From assembly GCA_977020255.1 (NCBI GenBank), contig CDROCS010000740.1:496001-560000 (forward strand): a stretch of 64,000 nt of DNA, given 5' to 3'. The notes beneath the pieces were generated by a model. It was not told the origin of the DNA. It did not search any database and saw only the letters and a list, made by a program, of their open reading frames with translations. Position 1 is the stretch's first letter, and every line of letters begins with the position of its first letter. A program made the translations under genes and the position numbers. Positions 48,401 to 61,300 of the stretch are shown in pieces. This stretch comes from Obrimoposthia wandeli. Taxonomy: Eukaryota.

Positions 48401-49856
48401 AATACTCAATATAACTTCAAGTTAAAGAATCCCAGATATAAACTTAATCCGAAACAACCAGAGTTAACCTGAAACCATAAACAAAAATAATCAACATAGT
48501 ATTTAGGAATCTCGACTTAATTTCCAACATAATTTCAGTTGTTTGATTATGACAACTCTTGTAACAGATATTTTATTCGAACATTGACTGATATTACAAC
48601 TTTATATCTACTTAATACGTTCAATTATCCAAGAGTAGATAATATCTTACGTTTAGCTGACTTGAGGCAGTACCTTTTCACATTCAGATTTGAGATTAAA
48701 AAGCAGGGGAAAGACTCACAGAAAGACTTTTGAAAACTCATGAGCTAGAGGCTTTCATAAGAAGTTGGTGCACGAAAAAGGATGTTTTGTGCATTGACAA
48801 AGTTTTGGAGATTTGTTCACATAAATATTTGATAAATTCCCTTCAATGATATTTCTCCTAAATTTAATAAATAAAATTGTGAAATGTTTAACATAATTTC
48901 TATTACATGGATTATAATAAATTGTATTTATTTATAATTGTAAATTTTTACTTAAATTGAATATTTATTAATATATGATTGTATTAATTGAAGTAATAAT
49001 TTGCAATTTGTATTTTAAAGTAGCTACTTATTTTGACAGTTTGATAATGTGATATCTGATAATTTGATATTTTTGACTTGCATTATTTTTTTTAAAAATT
49101 ATGTTGAATTTGATCTTGAATTGTGTGAAATTTGATGAAGTTAAAAAAATAAAAGTTTTGATTTAAGTTCCAATTTAATATTTGACGAAATATTGCAAAT
49201 TATATGAAGTTTGATTTCGAAAAAAAAATCCATTCTGATTTTGATTGATAAGTTTCCAAAATTGCAAAAAGTTTTTGATTTTAAGTTGACAATAAAGATT
49301 TGATAAGAGACTAAGTTTATTGACAATTTTCTTTGTTGATAAAGTAGCAAAGCTTCATAAATTGCATTAATGATAATTTTTTAAATTTTATTTACTTGAT
49401 TAGAATTTTTTATCAGAATCCGTTCAACAATAGTTTAACAAAGCTTTTTTCACGTAACGACTCTGATATAGACTCAGACTTAGTTTTACCCGCATCACAT
49501 TTGTTAGAAAACCTTAATATCCAAGAAATAGCTCAAAATATGATAGAACAATTAAACTGAAACGGGGAAAGAAATTTTCAAATGCTTTAAAATATTTTGA
49601 TTAAACCATGAAGCCTATCAACACCCACACTCTATTATTAAATATGTTTGCGCTCAAGTAAACTTGTTTGATTGACCCTAACGTATTTAAACATATTCCC
49701 GATTATAAAAATGGAAGTAGACAGAGTTTCAAGAAAAATTTATGAAAGAATTAGTTTCAGGAGATACAAGTAAAGTAAGTAGATAATTCTTGAAGAAAAC
49801 AATGTAAATGGCGACTGTGCTTTCTTTGATACTTGACCTAATTGAAGAAAGTTGTA

Positions 49857-49923
49857 CAGTAATACCCTGCTATAAAAATGATTTGCTTATTCCATTGAAT
49901 TTCGTTATATCGCGGTTTCACTG
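49857..49923. mobile_element. Minimal pogo/Tigger-type MITE remnant
   Basis: TA-CAGTAATACCCTGCTATAA ... TTCGTTATATCGCGGTTTCACTG-TA: imperfect TIRs with TA flanks. Confidence 0.5.
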
Positions 49924-51219
49924 TATTTCATATTTCGAGAGGCATTAAGACCATTTAGTCTTATTCAAGTGAATGTGCCATATCAATGTTGCAGTCTAAC
50001 ACACTGTGAACTTGGAAAACCATGGCTCGGATTAACTCTATCAATAATAGTGTTTATATTCACTAACTGTACAGTACAAGCAAGAAATTTCTGCAGTATT
50101 GTTCTACAATGTTTAAAAATCCCTTTTCAACATTTTTTAAAATTTTAACTTTTTTGGGAAACCTTTCATTTGAGAAGCAATGTTTATAGATTATCTACTT
50201 TCCAAATAATTATACCTAGTATGTTTTTGATTTATATCTTTAAAGATTAATTGAACTGAATTCATATATCCATAGATTTTAACACTCCATTATTTTCCTG
50301 GTCTCTTTTCCCCTAAAAAACTGTCTCAATGTAAAACATAGCATTGGGATTTATTATGTATTTGCTATTCATTTTACTAATTTCAGAAATGTTTTTTGCA
50401 AATGTAATTTTAAATATCATTAAAAGTAAATCTATAATATAGATATGTGTAGAATTTATAAAGCAGGTTTATAATAACGTGATAGAAAAAAACGGACTGC
50501 ATATTTAATGTCAGATCAGAGTTTCTTTAAAGTTAATCTTAGTGTTAAAATTACACCACGCTTTTATCTTTCAATTAAATTTTTTGAAAAACGTTTAGAA
50601 ATAACATTTCATATGTGTCTTAAAATTTATCTTCACAATGCTTAACTAAAAGTCATTTATTTTTACTGTACTTAGATGAACTCAGATCAACGCCAAATGG
50701 AGTCTGCTTCGGGAGAGAAGTTAGTAACATTATTCAGCGTCCCTCACATGGCGGCCAAGGTCTGTCTGTGAATGATTCGAAGTTCAGCATATGTGTGCTT
50801 CCCATACATATGCGTATTCGCAAAGATCTATCTCACAAGTCCAATGTGTGCGGATTTACTTCACGAAAGCAGGTCAAACATTCTTCAAGAAACCGCCTTA
50901 TTAACAAAACAGTTAGTGCACTCATCAACATTCCAACCTACTAATCGCTAAGACCTGGAAATGTTCATTATCACATTCATATTACAGATTTAGCTACTGA
51001 AGAGAGCTTGGTTGATAGCGAGGAGTATTGACTTTGGTTTTAATTCACTGTGATAAATTCTAGTTATATATTGTTTTTTCAAAATATTCTATGTAATTTG
51101 TTTGATGTTTCACACTACGGATTTTCTGAGTTACACCAATATATAAGGCTTTAAAATACTACCCAAATGAACATGATTTTGAAAGAAAAATAATTTGACA
51201 TAACAAATCATTTAAGAAT

Positions 51220-51958
51220 TAAGAGCCATGAAGGCTTATTGACAGAACTGTCTCGCAAACCTAACAATAGACGATACAAAGAAAACAATGTTACAATGTC
51301 TAAAATGCAATTGTTCATATTACTGAAATATATCTGTTAACTGCAGACAGAAACTAAAGAAGAATTCTGAAATGTCAAAAACCCAAAAATAGCTTTATGA
51401 AAAACAAATATGCAACCAAGGTTGAGGTATATGATTTTGACATTCATTGTTTTTATTTATATGTAACTGTGAATATCAGAATTGGAATCGACCAGCCTGT
51501 CAAGCGTAGATTAACATTAATTTTGCTAACAAATCTTGACATTAACAAAATTTAGTTGAGAAATAAATGTAAAAATGCAGCATTTATAAAAATCTAATAT
51601 CAAAATAATCTTCCAAGAAGTGTACATCTTATTTTCAGAAAAGAAGATATCAAATAGTCAGACTCTCATAGCCAATATACAGAACTCGGTCAATGTTCTG
51701 AATACGGCTCTTATCCAGGACATTATGAACTTGGCTTCCAGTAGCGGTTCCATAAACTTTGAGCTCTCAACATCAGCCGCACAAAAGCAGCATTCACAGA
51801 TTGAGCTAACAGGTGTTCTAGAAGTTGAAGATACTCCTCTACCCTCGCTGGGTCTCAAAGAGAAGGCGGGTGAAGCTCTACAGAAACTTGACAACAACGA
51901 GTGTACGAAGGTCGTGGCCAAGTACGTGTACAGCGCCCTAGTCAGAGTGATGGACTAA
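51220..51958 (+). pseudogene. Decayed host gene: MYND-type zinc finger exon plus a terminal exon (51639-51958)
   Basis: AY*QNCLANL..MLQCLKCNCSYY*NISVNCRQK has two TGA codons at expected Cys positions of C..C...C..C...YC...CQ, then a GTATATG donor. An open 3' exon follows a TTTTCAG acceptor and ends YSALVRVMD*. Confidence 0.45.
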
Positions 51959-53169
51959 TTCTACTAGTGGATGATGAATAATAAGGCTGGGCTTTTACTT
52001 CTAATTTTGTTGCAGAGACCTGCATCATCATTTTTAAAAGTAAAGTTAACATTAACATAGAATTTAACTGGATGCATAGAAAGCATCGGCTGGAAAGTTT
52101 AGAGTGATTATTGTTTTTAGTAGCAGTTTCTATAAATTAATTATGGGCTTTAGTAAATAAGCCTCGGGTTTTAGTAACCATTTCTATCGATATAACATTA
52201 TTCTTGCGTCTCATAGTAAAGTATTTTGATTCGAGTAGTAAAATTTTAGATGAATTATTTATAGTAGCCATATTTATGAAGATAACTTTATTCTTGGTTT
52301 TGCATTTTCCGTTTCTAGTATGTAAGTCTGTAAATCATGATGAACTAGATAAGATTATGAAACAGATAGATAATTTTGGACTTGATGAGTTATCAGATTT
52401 AATAAAAAGATTCACATGAAGTCTCATGCAAAGATTAATGCGCTATCAGCGATGTTCCAGACTAAGATAGGATCTGGTTCGAGTACAAAGGCATTTAAAG
52501 ACCAGACACTGCCCAAGGGATTATTTTGACCGAATATGTTCAAAGAAAAACTTACTCAGAGATTTTACAAAATTCGACTAGCGATTTTAAAAGATTCAAC
52601 GAGACTTCTGACTCACTCCTTGGCGATTCATATGTGGAGATTTTCAGTGGATGGCAGGTGCGAACCGAGAAATCACACCAGCCGACATTGGTGGAGGTTC
52701 ATAAACGAAGTTTGACGGAGGGATGCTTCGCAGTGCCGGTTGATGATGGAGACAGCGTGCATCCAGACGCAAGGATCGTGGTATCAGGAAAATATAGATT
52801 TTACTTCTCAAGAAAAGCGGCAATGTCGAGGAGAGATGGCCGTCGAAAGAATGACATGTACGATAACCAGCGATGTCGATGTTCCAATGCGGAAGACAAG
52901 GCGAAGGAAATGGATCGTGAAGAAGAATCATCAGATGCAGAGGAGAAACCAATAGAAATCAGACGCGTTTATGAAGATGAAGAAGATGAAGAATTATCAT
53001 GGAGTTCGAGCGGTGAAGTCTGAGAGAAGAAGTGCGCGTTCAGTGGTGGTGATGTGATTGGGGATCATGGGTGGTTGGCGGAGGTGATGATGCGGGTCAA
53101 TACTTTTTATACATATGACGAGATGTAAAGGTAAAGCCCTTGAAACGGAATGCCACATGAAAGGACGTA

Positions 53170-56100
53170 ATGGAGGAGATTCGGAAGCGATATGGGTTTG
53201 AGGAGGAGGATTTCTGGTTACAACGCCAGGGAACGAAAGTTGAGAGGAGGGAAAACATTGGTGAAAGCAGCAATGTTGTCTTGATGAATAGGTTGAAAGG
53301 GATAATTTGGGAGGAGAACAACGAGAGCGCGGATAGGGAGAGGGTTACGAAGTTGGATATAATATTGGCTGGGGATGAATCGACGGAAGCACGTAATACG
53401 GAAGAGGATTCAGACAAGAGAAAGATGTATAGGGATATCGTACGAAGATTCAGCTAAAAGAAAAACAAGTAATTGGAGCAGGCAGTGGAAAACAAAGAAC
53501 ACCTCAAGAAAAAGAAAATAAAGAGTGATATTGCAAAAGCAGAAAGGGAATTTGAAAGTAGAACCACAAAAGAGTCAAAAAATATGAGAGAGGAAACCAC
53601 TAAAGAAAAGAAGTCAAACCAAAATGAGTTGAGGGGGCTAAAGAAGATTTGCATCCCTTATTTCTTCGGAGATTATAAACAATATGAAAGTTGGCGAGCA
53701 ATATTTGAAACAGTCATTGATCAAACAAATGCGCTAAAACAAGAGAAGATGTTGCAACTTATGGAGTATGTTAAAATGAACCATACAGATTAATTCAGAA
53801 CCTTGAATTCACAGATATAAGCAATGATGAAGCCTTAAAATGTTTAGAGGAGAGATGCATAAAAACGGGAAAGGAATTACCGAGGTTCGATGGACGAAGT
53901 TGAGAAATTCAGGGTGGTAAGATGGAGAGAAGACCAAGATCTGGATGCATTTGTCCAATTGATAAATAAAATAATAATCAGAGTGAGAGCGAGGGACGAC
54001 AAAGGCGATCTTATAAATGGGTTTTATTTAACAAGTTGCTGAGAAAATTGCCAATGTCAGGGGTGATGGATTGGACAAAATGAGTACAAAAAAATAGTGA
54101 GGAAGAAAATGTATGCACGTTAAAGATATGGGCACATCAAGAAAGTGAAAAAGGAAAGTAAACAAGGTTATGGGGAGTGGCAGGAACATACAAAAAGTAA
54201 GTATTAATCATGAAACCTATAGGAGACGAACCGGCGAGTTTGTAAAAGGGGCGAGAACATTCGTGGGAAATGCAAAAGCTAATAGCAGAATTAGTTCTGG
54301 ACAATTTCAAAGGAAGGGGAGAAAGATAAAATGTCTAAGGTGTAATATGGAGTACTACACAAACAAATGTGAAGAATTAAAGAAACTATCAGTAGCGAAA
54401 CAAAGACAGTGGGTCGACAATGAACGTTTATGTCGAAATTTATCTTCGAAATAATCATGATCTAAATCCAGTGTAAGGTGGATAAATTGTGTAGAATGAA
54501 CGACTGCATTGGCAAACACCACTGGATACTACATGCTAATGAAGAGTGAAATAATCAGACGCACCCAAACTCCTTCTTTACAAGGTAAATAAAAGAAGAA
54601 AATACATTCGTGGCGTTAAGAACAGTACCAGTTATAGTACGACATAAAGGTCAAGAATTGGTGGCGAGGAGGACCAGATGAACATATAGCAAGATGAGTT
54701 TTTATTAAGGCAAGATATGGGGTGGCCAAAACAACCAACACAAGAAGTGATGTCAACAGAAGTGGAAAAGAAGCGAAATGTGATAGTGACACATGTTACG
54801 CTGAGGATCGATGGATTCAACATAAGTAAGTATTCGACACTAGCAAGGTTATAAAGATGCATGGCGTGGATAATTCGTTTCACAACCAACACACGGTTAG
54901 ATCGAGACAATAGATTATTGAAGGAACGGGAAATCACAGAGATTCAAAATGCAACAAAGCAGTTATTAAAAGCTGAACAACAAAGATATTATCATGAAGA
55001 TTATAAAAGACTAGATCAACAAAGGTAGCTAGAGAATGGCAGTGGTCTAATTAAATTGAACCCATAGATCGATCCAGATGAAATGATACGGTCAAACCAA
55101 AAATTATCCATGCACAAATTTTTGATTATCAAGCAAAGTATTCTATAATATTACCTAACGAAAGTTGGGTTACAAGATTGGTTGTAGAGACGCAACACAG
55201 AAAGCTGCACCATTATGCAGGCGTGTAGCATGTGATGTGTGAGATAAATAAGCAATATTGGATTCCAAAAGCGAGAAGATTAATAAGAAGTGTGGAATTA
55301 AAATGTGTGACATGCCAAAAGAGTAAAGCGAGTGGAATGTCAGCTGCAATGGCTCTTTTACCGTATTTCCGTTTTGAAGAACCGCTCAGAGCATTCGCGA
55401 ACGTAAGAATTGATTACGCAGGATAATTTTAACGAAACGCAGAATGAAACGGTACTTGTGTTTATTAACCTGCTTAAAGACACGCGCAGCACATTTGGAG
55501 ATCACGTATGATTTGACAACATATGAGGTGATCAGAGGGTTAAAACGTTTTATTAGAAGATAAAGAAGACCGATAATGTTATTATTAGATTACGGGCGAA
55601 ATTTTGCTGGAGCAGTAGCAGAAGTTATAAATGCTGTGAAAGAAACGTACGGGATTAAGAAAGAACTAGAAAAGGAAGAAATACGATGGGTGTTCAACCC
55701 ACTTTATACGCCGAGCTTTGGAGGAGTGTTTGAAATTGTGGTGAAGTACATATTGAAGTACACGAAAAAGGACATATTTAAGTTACTGTCAAAGGCGACC
55801 ATAAGTGACGAAGAGTTAACTAAAGCATTGATAAACTTACGATCGATTGGGATAAAAAGTATGGATCCGAAGGAGAGCGAGGTGTTAACACCAAATCCTT
55901 TTTGATAGAAACTTAGAAACGTGTTTTGAAGGACAACGGTGTTGTGTGTAACAGCGTCGGAGATTGGTCCAAAAGTTGACGACATAGCTATGGAAGCGAT
56001 GGATGGAGAAAATTGTGTCAATTTGGGCACCTCGACAACGATGGAATTAGGAACGTACTGTTTAAAGATGGAGATATAGTCTGGGTAATTGACAAGCAAA

Positions 56101-56291
56101 GTGAGAGGGGGCAGTGGAAGTTGGGAATAATTATAGATGTGAGTCCAGGAACGGATAAAAAGGTGAGAGTCGCAATGGTGAAGATTGGGACAAAGTAAAG
56201 TCGCTAGGACTCTTTTGTAAGCTGGAATGTAAGGTGTGAGGAGGACGATTGATACGTTGAGATTGATCTAGTAATATCAAAGGGGAGAGGA
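53170..56291 (+). mobile_element. Bel/Pao LTR retrotransposon, decayed, RT largely deleted
   Basis: Gag IPYFFGDYKQYESWRAIF (DUF1759-like) and Cys/His knuckles (KCLRC..KCEEL..LCRN..HHWILH); protease start VALRTVPVIV; then directly ISKYSTLARL*RCMAWIIRF; integrase YWIPKAR..CVTCQK..IDYAG..TRAAHLE..PSFGGVFE; C-terminal GDIVWV..RGQWKLGII..GTDKKVRV; PPT AAGGGGAGAGGA then TG at 56292. Confidence 0.93.
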
Positions 56292-56482
56292 TGTTTTGTA
56301 ACGAGAATTATGCTAGAAGCTGAAAATTCAGAAGGTAAAATATGTAGATAATCACATGCTGAATAATAAAAAGTAAGCATTTGATTATTTAATAAATAAT
56401 TAAATTAACTATTAAATATAAAAATGTTATAATTGGGATAGTAAAAGACCAAAATATTATGATATTGTATTATCTGAAAATA

Positions 56483-56828
56483 TTTCGATCAAATTTTATC
56501 CACTGGAACAATAATGTTTCGATCAAATTTTATCCACTGGAACAATAATGTTTCAATCAAATTTTATCCACTGGAACAATAATGTTTCGATCAAATTTTA
56601 TCCACTGGAACAATAATGTTTCGGAACAATAATGTTTCGATCAAATTTTATCCACTGGAACAATAATGTTTCAATCAAATTTTATCCACTGGAACAATAA
56701 TGTTTCGATCAAATTTTATCCACTGGAACAATAATGTTTCAATCAAATTTTATCCACTGGAACAATAATGTTTCGATCAAATTTTATCCACTGGAACAAT
56801 AATGTTTCAATCAAATTTTATCCACTGG
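56483..56828 (+). repeat. 34-bp tandem array, about 10 near-identical copies
   Basis: Unit TTTC(G/A)ATCAAATTTTATCCACTGGAACAATAATG. CACTGG recurs at 56501, 56535, 56569, 56603, 56653, 56687, 56721, 56755, 56789 and 56823, with one 16-bp slippage near 56620. Confidence 0.97.
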
Positions 56829-57399
56829 CCTTTTAGTAAGCAGTGTGCAGCTTAAATATCCAAACAAACTGCTGACAGTGATGTTGCAATTTCCAGAGCT
56901 TTTTCTGTTTTTTAATCCAATTAGACTATCTTGTTCGAATGTGAATCTTAAAAAATCAAAGCTCCACTTCAAACTATAGAAAACAAGTCAATCAGTTGCA
57001 CTACAACCTCAATTCCACTGGTAAACGATCAGACAAATCAGAAACTGCAAGAAATACTCCTGCACACATACACCGATGGCAGCGGATCTGGGCAGAGAGG
57101 GAAACTTTTAAACACACATACACATGTATACATGTATGATGTATGTTGCTGGCGAGTAAAAACTGGGCAGATGGGGAAAATGTTTTATACATACATACAC
57201 ACCAAACAATATGTGAGTGAGTGAGTAAGGAGAGTGAGTATGAGTTGAGTGAGTTGTGAGTGTGAGTGAGTATGAAAGTTAAGTGAGTGTGTGTATGTGT
57301 TGAATTGTGCACTTGCGCACACCAACATCACATGTCGACGATATTCGTCGGCACATGAAAGGGGAATCTTTCCCTCTTTTCCCTGGCTTTTTTTATTAT

Positions 57400-57445
57400 T
57401 GTTATCTCTGGCTTCGCGGAATCCACCGCGAAGTCAGAGATAACA
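57400..57445 (+). other. 20-bp RNA hairpin immediately 5' of hammerhead 1
   Basis: TGTTATCTCTGGCTTCGCGG (AATCCA) CCGCGAAGTCAGAGATAACA pairs fully with one G-U. A homologous hairpin precedes hammerhead 2 (63523-63572, minus strand). Confidence 0.85.
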
Positions 57446-57449
57446 AGCC

Positions 57450-57500
57450 ATCTCCCTGATGAGCCCGGCAGGGCGAAACGGGCTTTTTCCCGTCGGAGAT
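57450..57500 (+). ncRNA. Type I hammerhead ribozyme 1 (intact core)
   Basis: AUCUCC-CUGAUGA-GCCC(GGCA)GGGC-GAAA-CGGG(CUUUUU)CCCG-UC / GGAGAU. All core nucleotides and stems I-III are present; predicted cleavage is after C57494. Confidence 0.95.
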
Positions 57501-59439
57501 TGATTATCTTAAGACAAAATGCCAAAGTGCATATTTTCAAAATAGAACTTTTCCCTAATTAAGGAAAGTTCTTAATTAATTCTTTAGTTAATTAATTCTT
57601 TTTTACTTTTTATTTTTTTAAACATTTTTATATTTTTTCAAAATAAATAGTTATAATATTTTCCCAACAAAAATATCATATAATATTATATCATATTATT
57701 ATTAATTATGGAAGTTATGAAAGTATTGGAAATGTTATGGTGATAAAAATAAAGTTTTTAAAAATTTCTATGTTAATTGATTTATGGAAGATTTAATTTA
57801 TGTTTTGATGAAATGTTTTGTCTCAATGTCTTATGAAAATAATGATACAATGCGATTTATGAATTTGTCATGTGATGAGATGAAGAATAAAGTTATGATT
57901 GGTGTTATTATGTTTTATTCTACCACGTCTTCAAAGGATTTATTTGTGGCTTATGTTTTGGAGACGTTAATGAGGAGAAATAAAAGTTTATATCTTATGA
58001 ATTCTATGTTTTATGGTACGACTCCCTCCCTAAAGTTCAGAATAAAGTTCAATATAAAAAAGGTGTCTTAATAATTTAATAAGTATTTTGTGATGGTGGA
58101 TGGGGTTGCAGTAGAAAAAAACACTTATACATTACTTTAAATAATTCATAAAGTCATATATATAGTGATTTAGTGGCAGAGGCATGGAATGGTCGGTACA
58201 TGTGCGGATAAATTGATAAATTTCAGGAGCTAAATGGTAAGCCAAGAATAGTAGGGATCAGATCAAAATCGCTCTTGATGGAATTCAAGTTTCATATAGG
58301 CTTAATCTTCGAATTTAATTTATCCACCTTAACTACTGTACTATCTATTGCCAGTAAACTGCACTTATGCAGTTGAAAAGTGTATATATGTCTCAGGACA
58401 TGTATAGATTTTTATACACACACATTCACGAAATTTCACTCCAAACACACATGAACAGTTTTAAAGGACATTGGTACCCCCAGGGAGGATGGTGTGGATT
58501 AGACCGAACATATCCACCTACTTATACCATTCAGTTGTTGAAAATATCGGTTATTATTCTCAATTCATCAGGACATGAAGGTGTAAATCAAGAAAAAAGT
58601 AACCATGAGAAATTTTAGTTGCATCTTGAAATGAATTTATCAAATATTGTCTGTTAAAGAGAAATGCTTGACATGAAATATGTTTAATAACCGTTTGATA
58701 ACGAGGATTCTTAAACAAAACCAAGTAATGTACGTTTAAATTACGTGTTCTATGTTTACCACCTTGATGAAATAGGTCTTGAGTAATGAAAACTACAGTA
58801 ATACAGTTGTGTCTTGCTATTTTTGTGAATAAATTATTAAAGTTTTACTTTTTATTTTCTTCTTCGTATAAGTCATCAATTACTATAACATCATTACGTT
58901 TAAACTGTTTTAAACAATTTTGATAGAAACCATTGATAATTTTTTGTTCTTAAGTTTACATAATTCACTTTTTGTTAACCCAGATTCGCAAGTATCATCA
59001 TTATGTCAATAAATATTATTAAATCGACAATTGAACATTTTATTGTTTTTTAATAATTTCGTTACAAAATGTGTTTTTCCACTACCACCGGATCCTACTA
59101 TGTAATATACTATATCATTTTTAAGTTTCATAATAAATAAAAATAAATGAGAAAAAAGATTGTTTAAAAGCATTTTATTAATATATACAACAATATTTAA
59201 TTAAAAATTGAAACATAAAACGTTATATACATCATGTTTGTACAATTAAGCTGAACCTCTTTTTTTAAATTCATTTTCCATTTAAGATCTCTATGGACAT
59301 GTGAGTGAACAATTTCTCTAAGATGATTACAAGAAACTTCATTAAACGAGAAAATTATTGAACTAATTTTTTTGTTTCATTTAAAATTTCCTCGACCGAA
59401 TCATCGATTAATTTATCAATTTTACCCATTTACCATGGA

Positions 59440-61300
59440 ATCTATATGTTACCATGACAACCGTTACTATGGTAACTAACGACCTTAGGGGGTCATGACC
59501 TTTTGAAGACATGATCTTTTAAGATTACGGGTTTTTGATGACACTTCTATTTTTAGTATATTTCTTTAAAACTACATATATTTGAAGTAGTTCTTAGAAG
59601 TAGTTATTTGAGATTGTTATTTTAAGATAGTTCTTTGAGGAGGTTCTTGAAGGTGATTCTTTCAAAATGAACCTTCAAGTGTCAAAACCTTCAAAACATT
59701 TATTTTTCTACTATTAAAAATTATATATAATATGCTTGGTCTGACCTTGGTCAGACATTTAAGGGTTAGACCATCAACAGTCAAAATATTCAAAAAAAAT
59801 AGTTTTAATTTAAAAAAAAAATTTCAAACTTAAAAATTTCAAAACTTAAAAATTTTTAAATTTAAAAAAAATGCAATATTAAAAAAAATTACCTCTAACA
59901 TATTTTCTCCAAAACGTTTTCTTCACATTTTTTACCTTTACCATTTTTACTATTAAATTTATTGTTTTTTTAATATTGTTTTGTTTTAATGCGCGTATAT
60001 TCAAATTTTTAATCTAAATGTTTGTTTTTTCGGTTGAGTATTTGAAATATGATTTTACTGCATCATAAAATAACAAGAGAGGCTCATATATTTAAGTGTA
60101 CTAAAATGTAGGCATCAAATTCAGATAGTTGGTTTTTAATCAATGAGGTCTTCATTGTCATAACAGACACACTATAGTATGCTTACTCACTTATCATCAC
60201 TTCATCTTTCATAAGTCATCTCATATTTCAGCTTCTCTCCTAATAATAAATTTCATAAATTCCTCGCCTCTCCTTATCTCCTTCAACTTACTATAAGACT
60301 GAACATGTGCTTTCTAAAGAAACTTATACAAAACTATATTATGAAATCTTCAGTTGCATAGAAGTAAAACTGAAATGAACGATTTTTCATAGATGATTTT
60401 TTGAATATTCTACATGTTATTGATTACTAGTAATTAAATTTCAAGAGTCAATTATTGTTACAGCAAGGATATTTCTAATGTAGAATTCAATTGAAACTTG
60501 GAATACATACTCACAAGAAGTGATGGTTGGGGGAGAAATAAAAAAAGATTTATATTGATTTAGAGGATATATTAACGATAGTTTGATGGTTTAAAGGTTC
60601 GGTGGTGTTCAAGAGGTTTCAGAAAATGAGAAGGGATTTAGATGAGAATTTAGAGAAGATTTATAAGATAAATAACTACGTAGAAGGGACTAGAGATAAA
60701 TCTATCTTTCAGAAAACAAATAAAGGGTTAGGAGGTTTCTGAAGAGAAGGATCAAATAAGTCGGGATATTTAGAAGGTTTCAAGAGAGAAAATATAGCCT
60801 AGATTGATTTTTGAAGGGGAATTAAAGTCATAGAAGAGAGATTTTAGTGATGTTCAGCTGGATTAAATGACAATTTAACGGAGTATTGACGAGGTTTCAG
60901 AAGAGAAATTAACACCTAGAGGGTGTTTCTAAGGTTTAGATTTAGGTGTTGTATATGTGACTTATGATATTTAAGTGTTTAGGAAGGAAATTCGACGAGG
61001 TTGAGGAGAAAGGCAAGATAAGACTTTGAAGAGGAAACTAGTATGATTTAGAAGAGATAGTCTAGTAGAGAAATCAATGTGATTTATATGAGATTTGGAT
61101 TATTTGATGTTAAGATATCATAAAACTACTATTTTAAGGTGAAATTATTCATATTATTCGTGATTTATTGATAGGCATATATTAATATATGAGGAAAAGT
61201 TATGATATTTAGAGTGTTCTAGAGGAATCATTAAGGATAAGTTGAGGAAATTGACGATATTTAAGTGGTTCTAGAGGAGAAATTAATACAAATAATATAC
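59440..61300 (+). repeat. Diverged third copy of the Polinton-like subterminal repeat architecture
   Basis: X-box-like GTTACCATGACAAC and GTTACTATGGTAAC (59449-59476), then A/T tracts, a TCA-rich block (about 60160-60290) and GATATTTA..GGTTCTAGAGGAGAAATT-type repeats (about 60520-61290). No AGTAG tip was found. Confidence 0.45.

Noticed and set aside
52526-53023. 165-aa ORF upstream of Pao gag as a separate gene or PHD finger
   Set aside because: No recognisable motif and no matching 5' LTR or PBS. It is probably a decayed gag leader, but I cannot support a call.
56483-56828. 34-bp repeats as a CRISPR array
   Set aside because: The units are contiguous with no unique spacers, there are no cas genes, and the context is eukaryotic.
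57784-58618. ORFs 57784-58071 and 58367-58618 as a Penelope-like RT or endonuclease downstream of hammerhead 1
   Set aside because: No RT (YxDD) or GIY-YIG motifs are visible, and the composition is that of AT-rich non-coding DNA.
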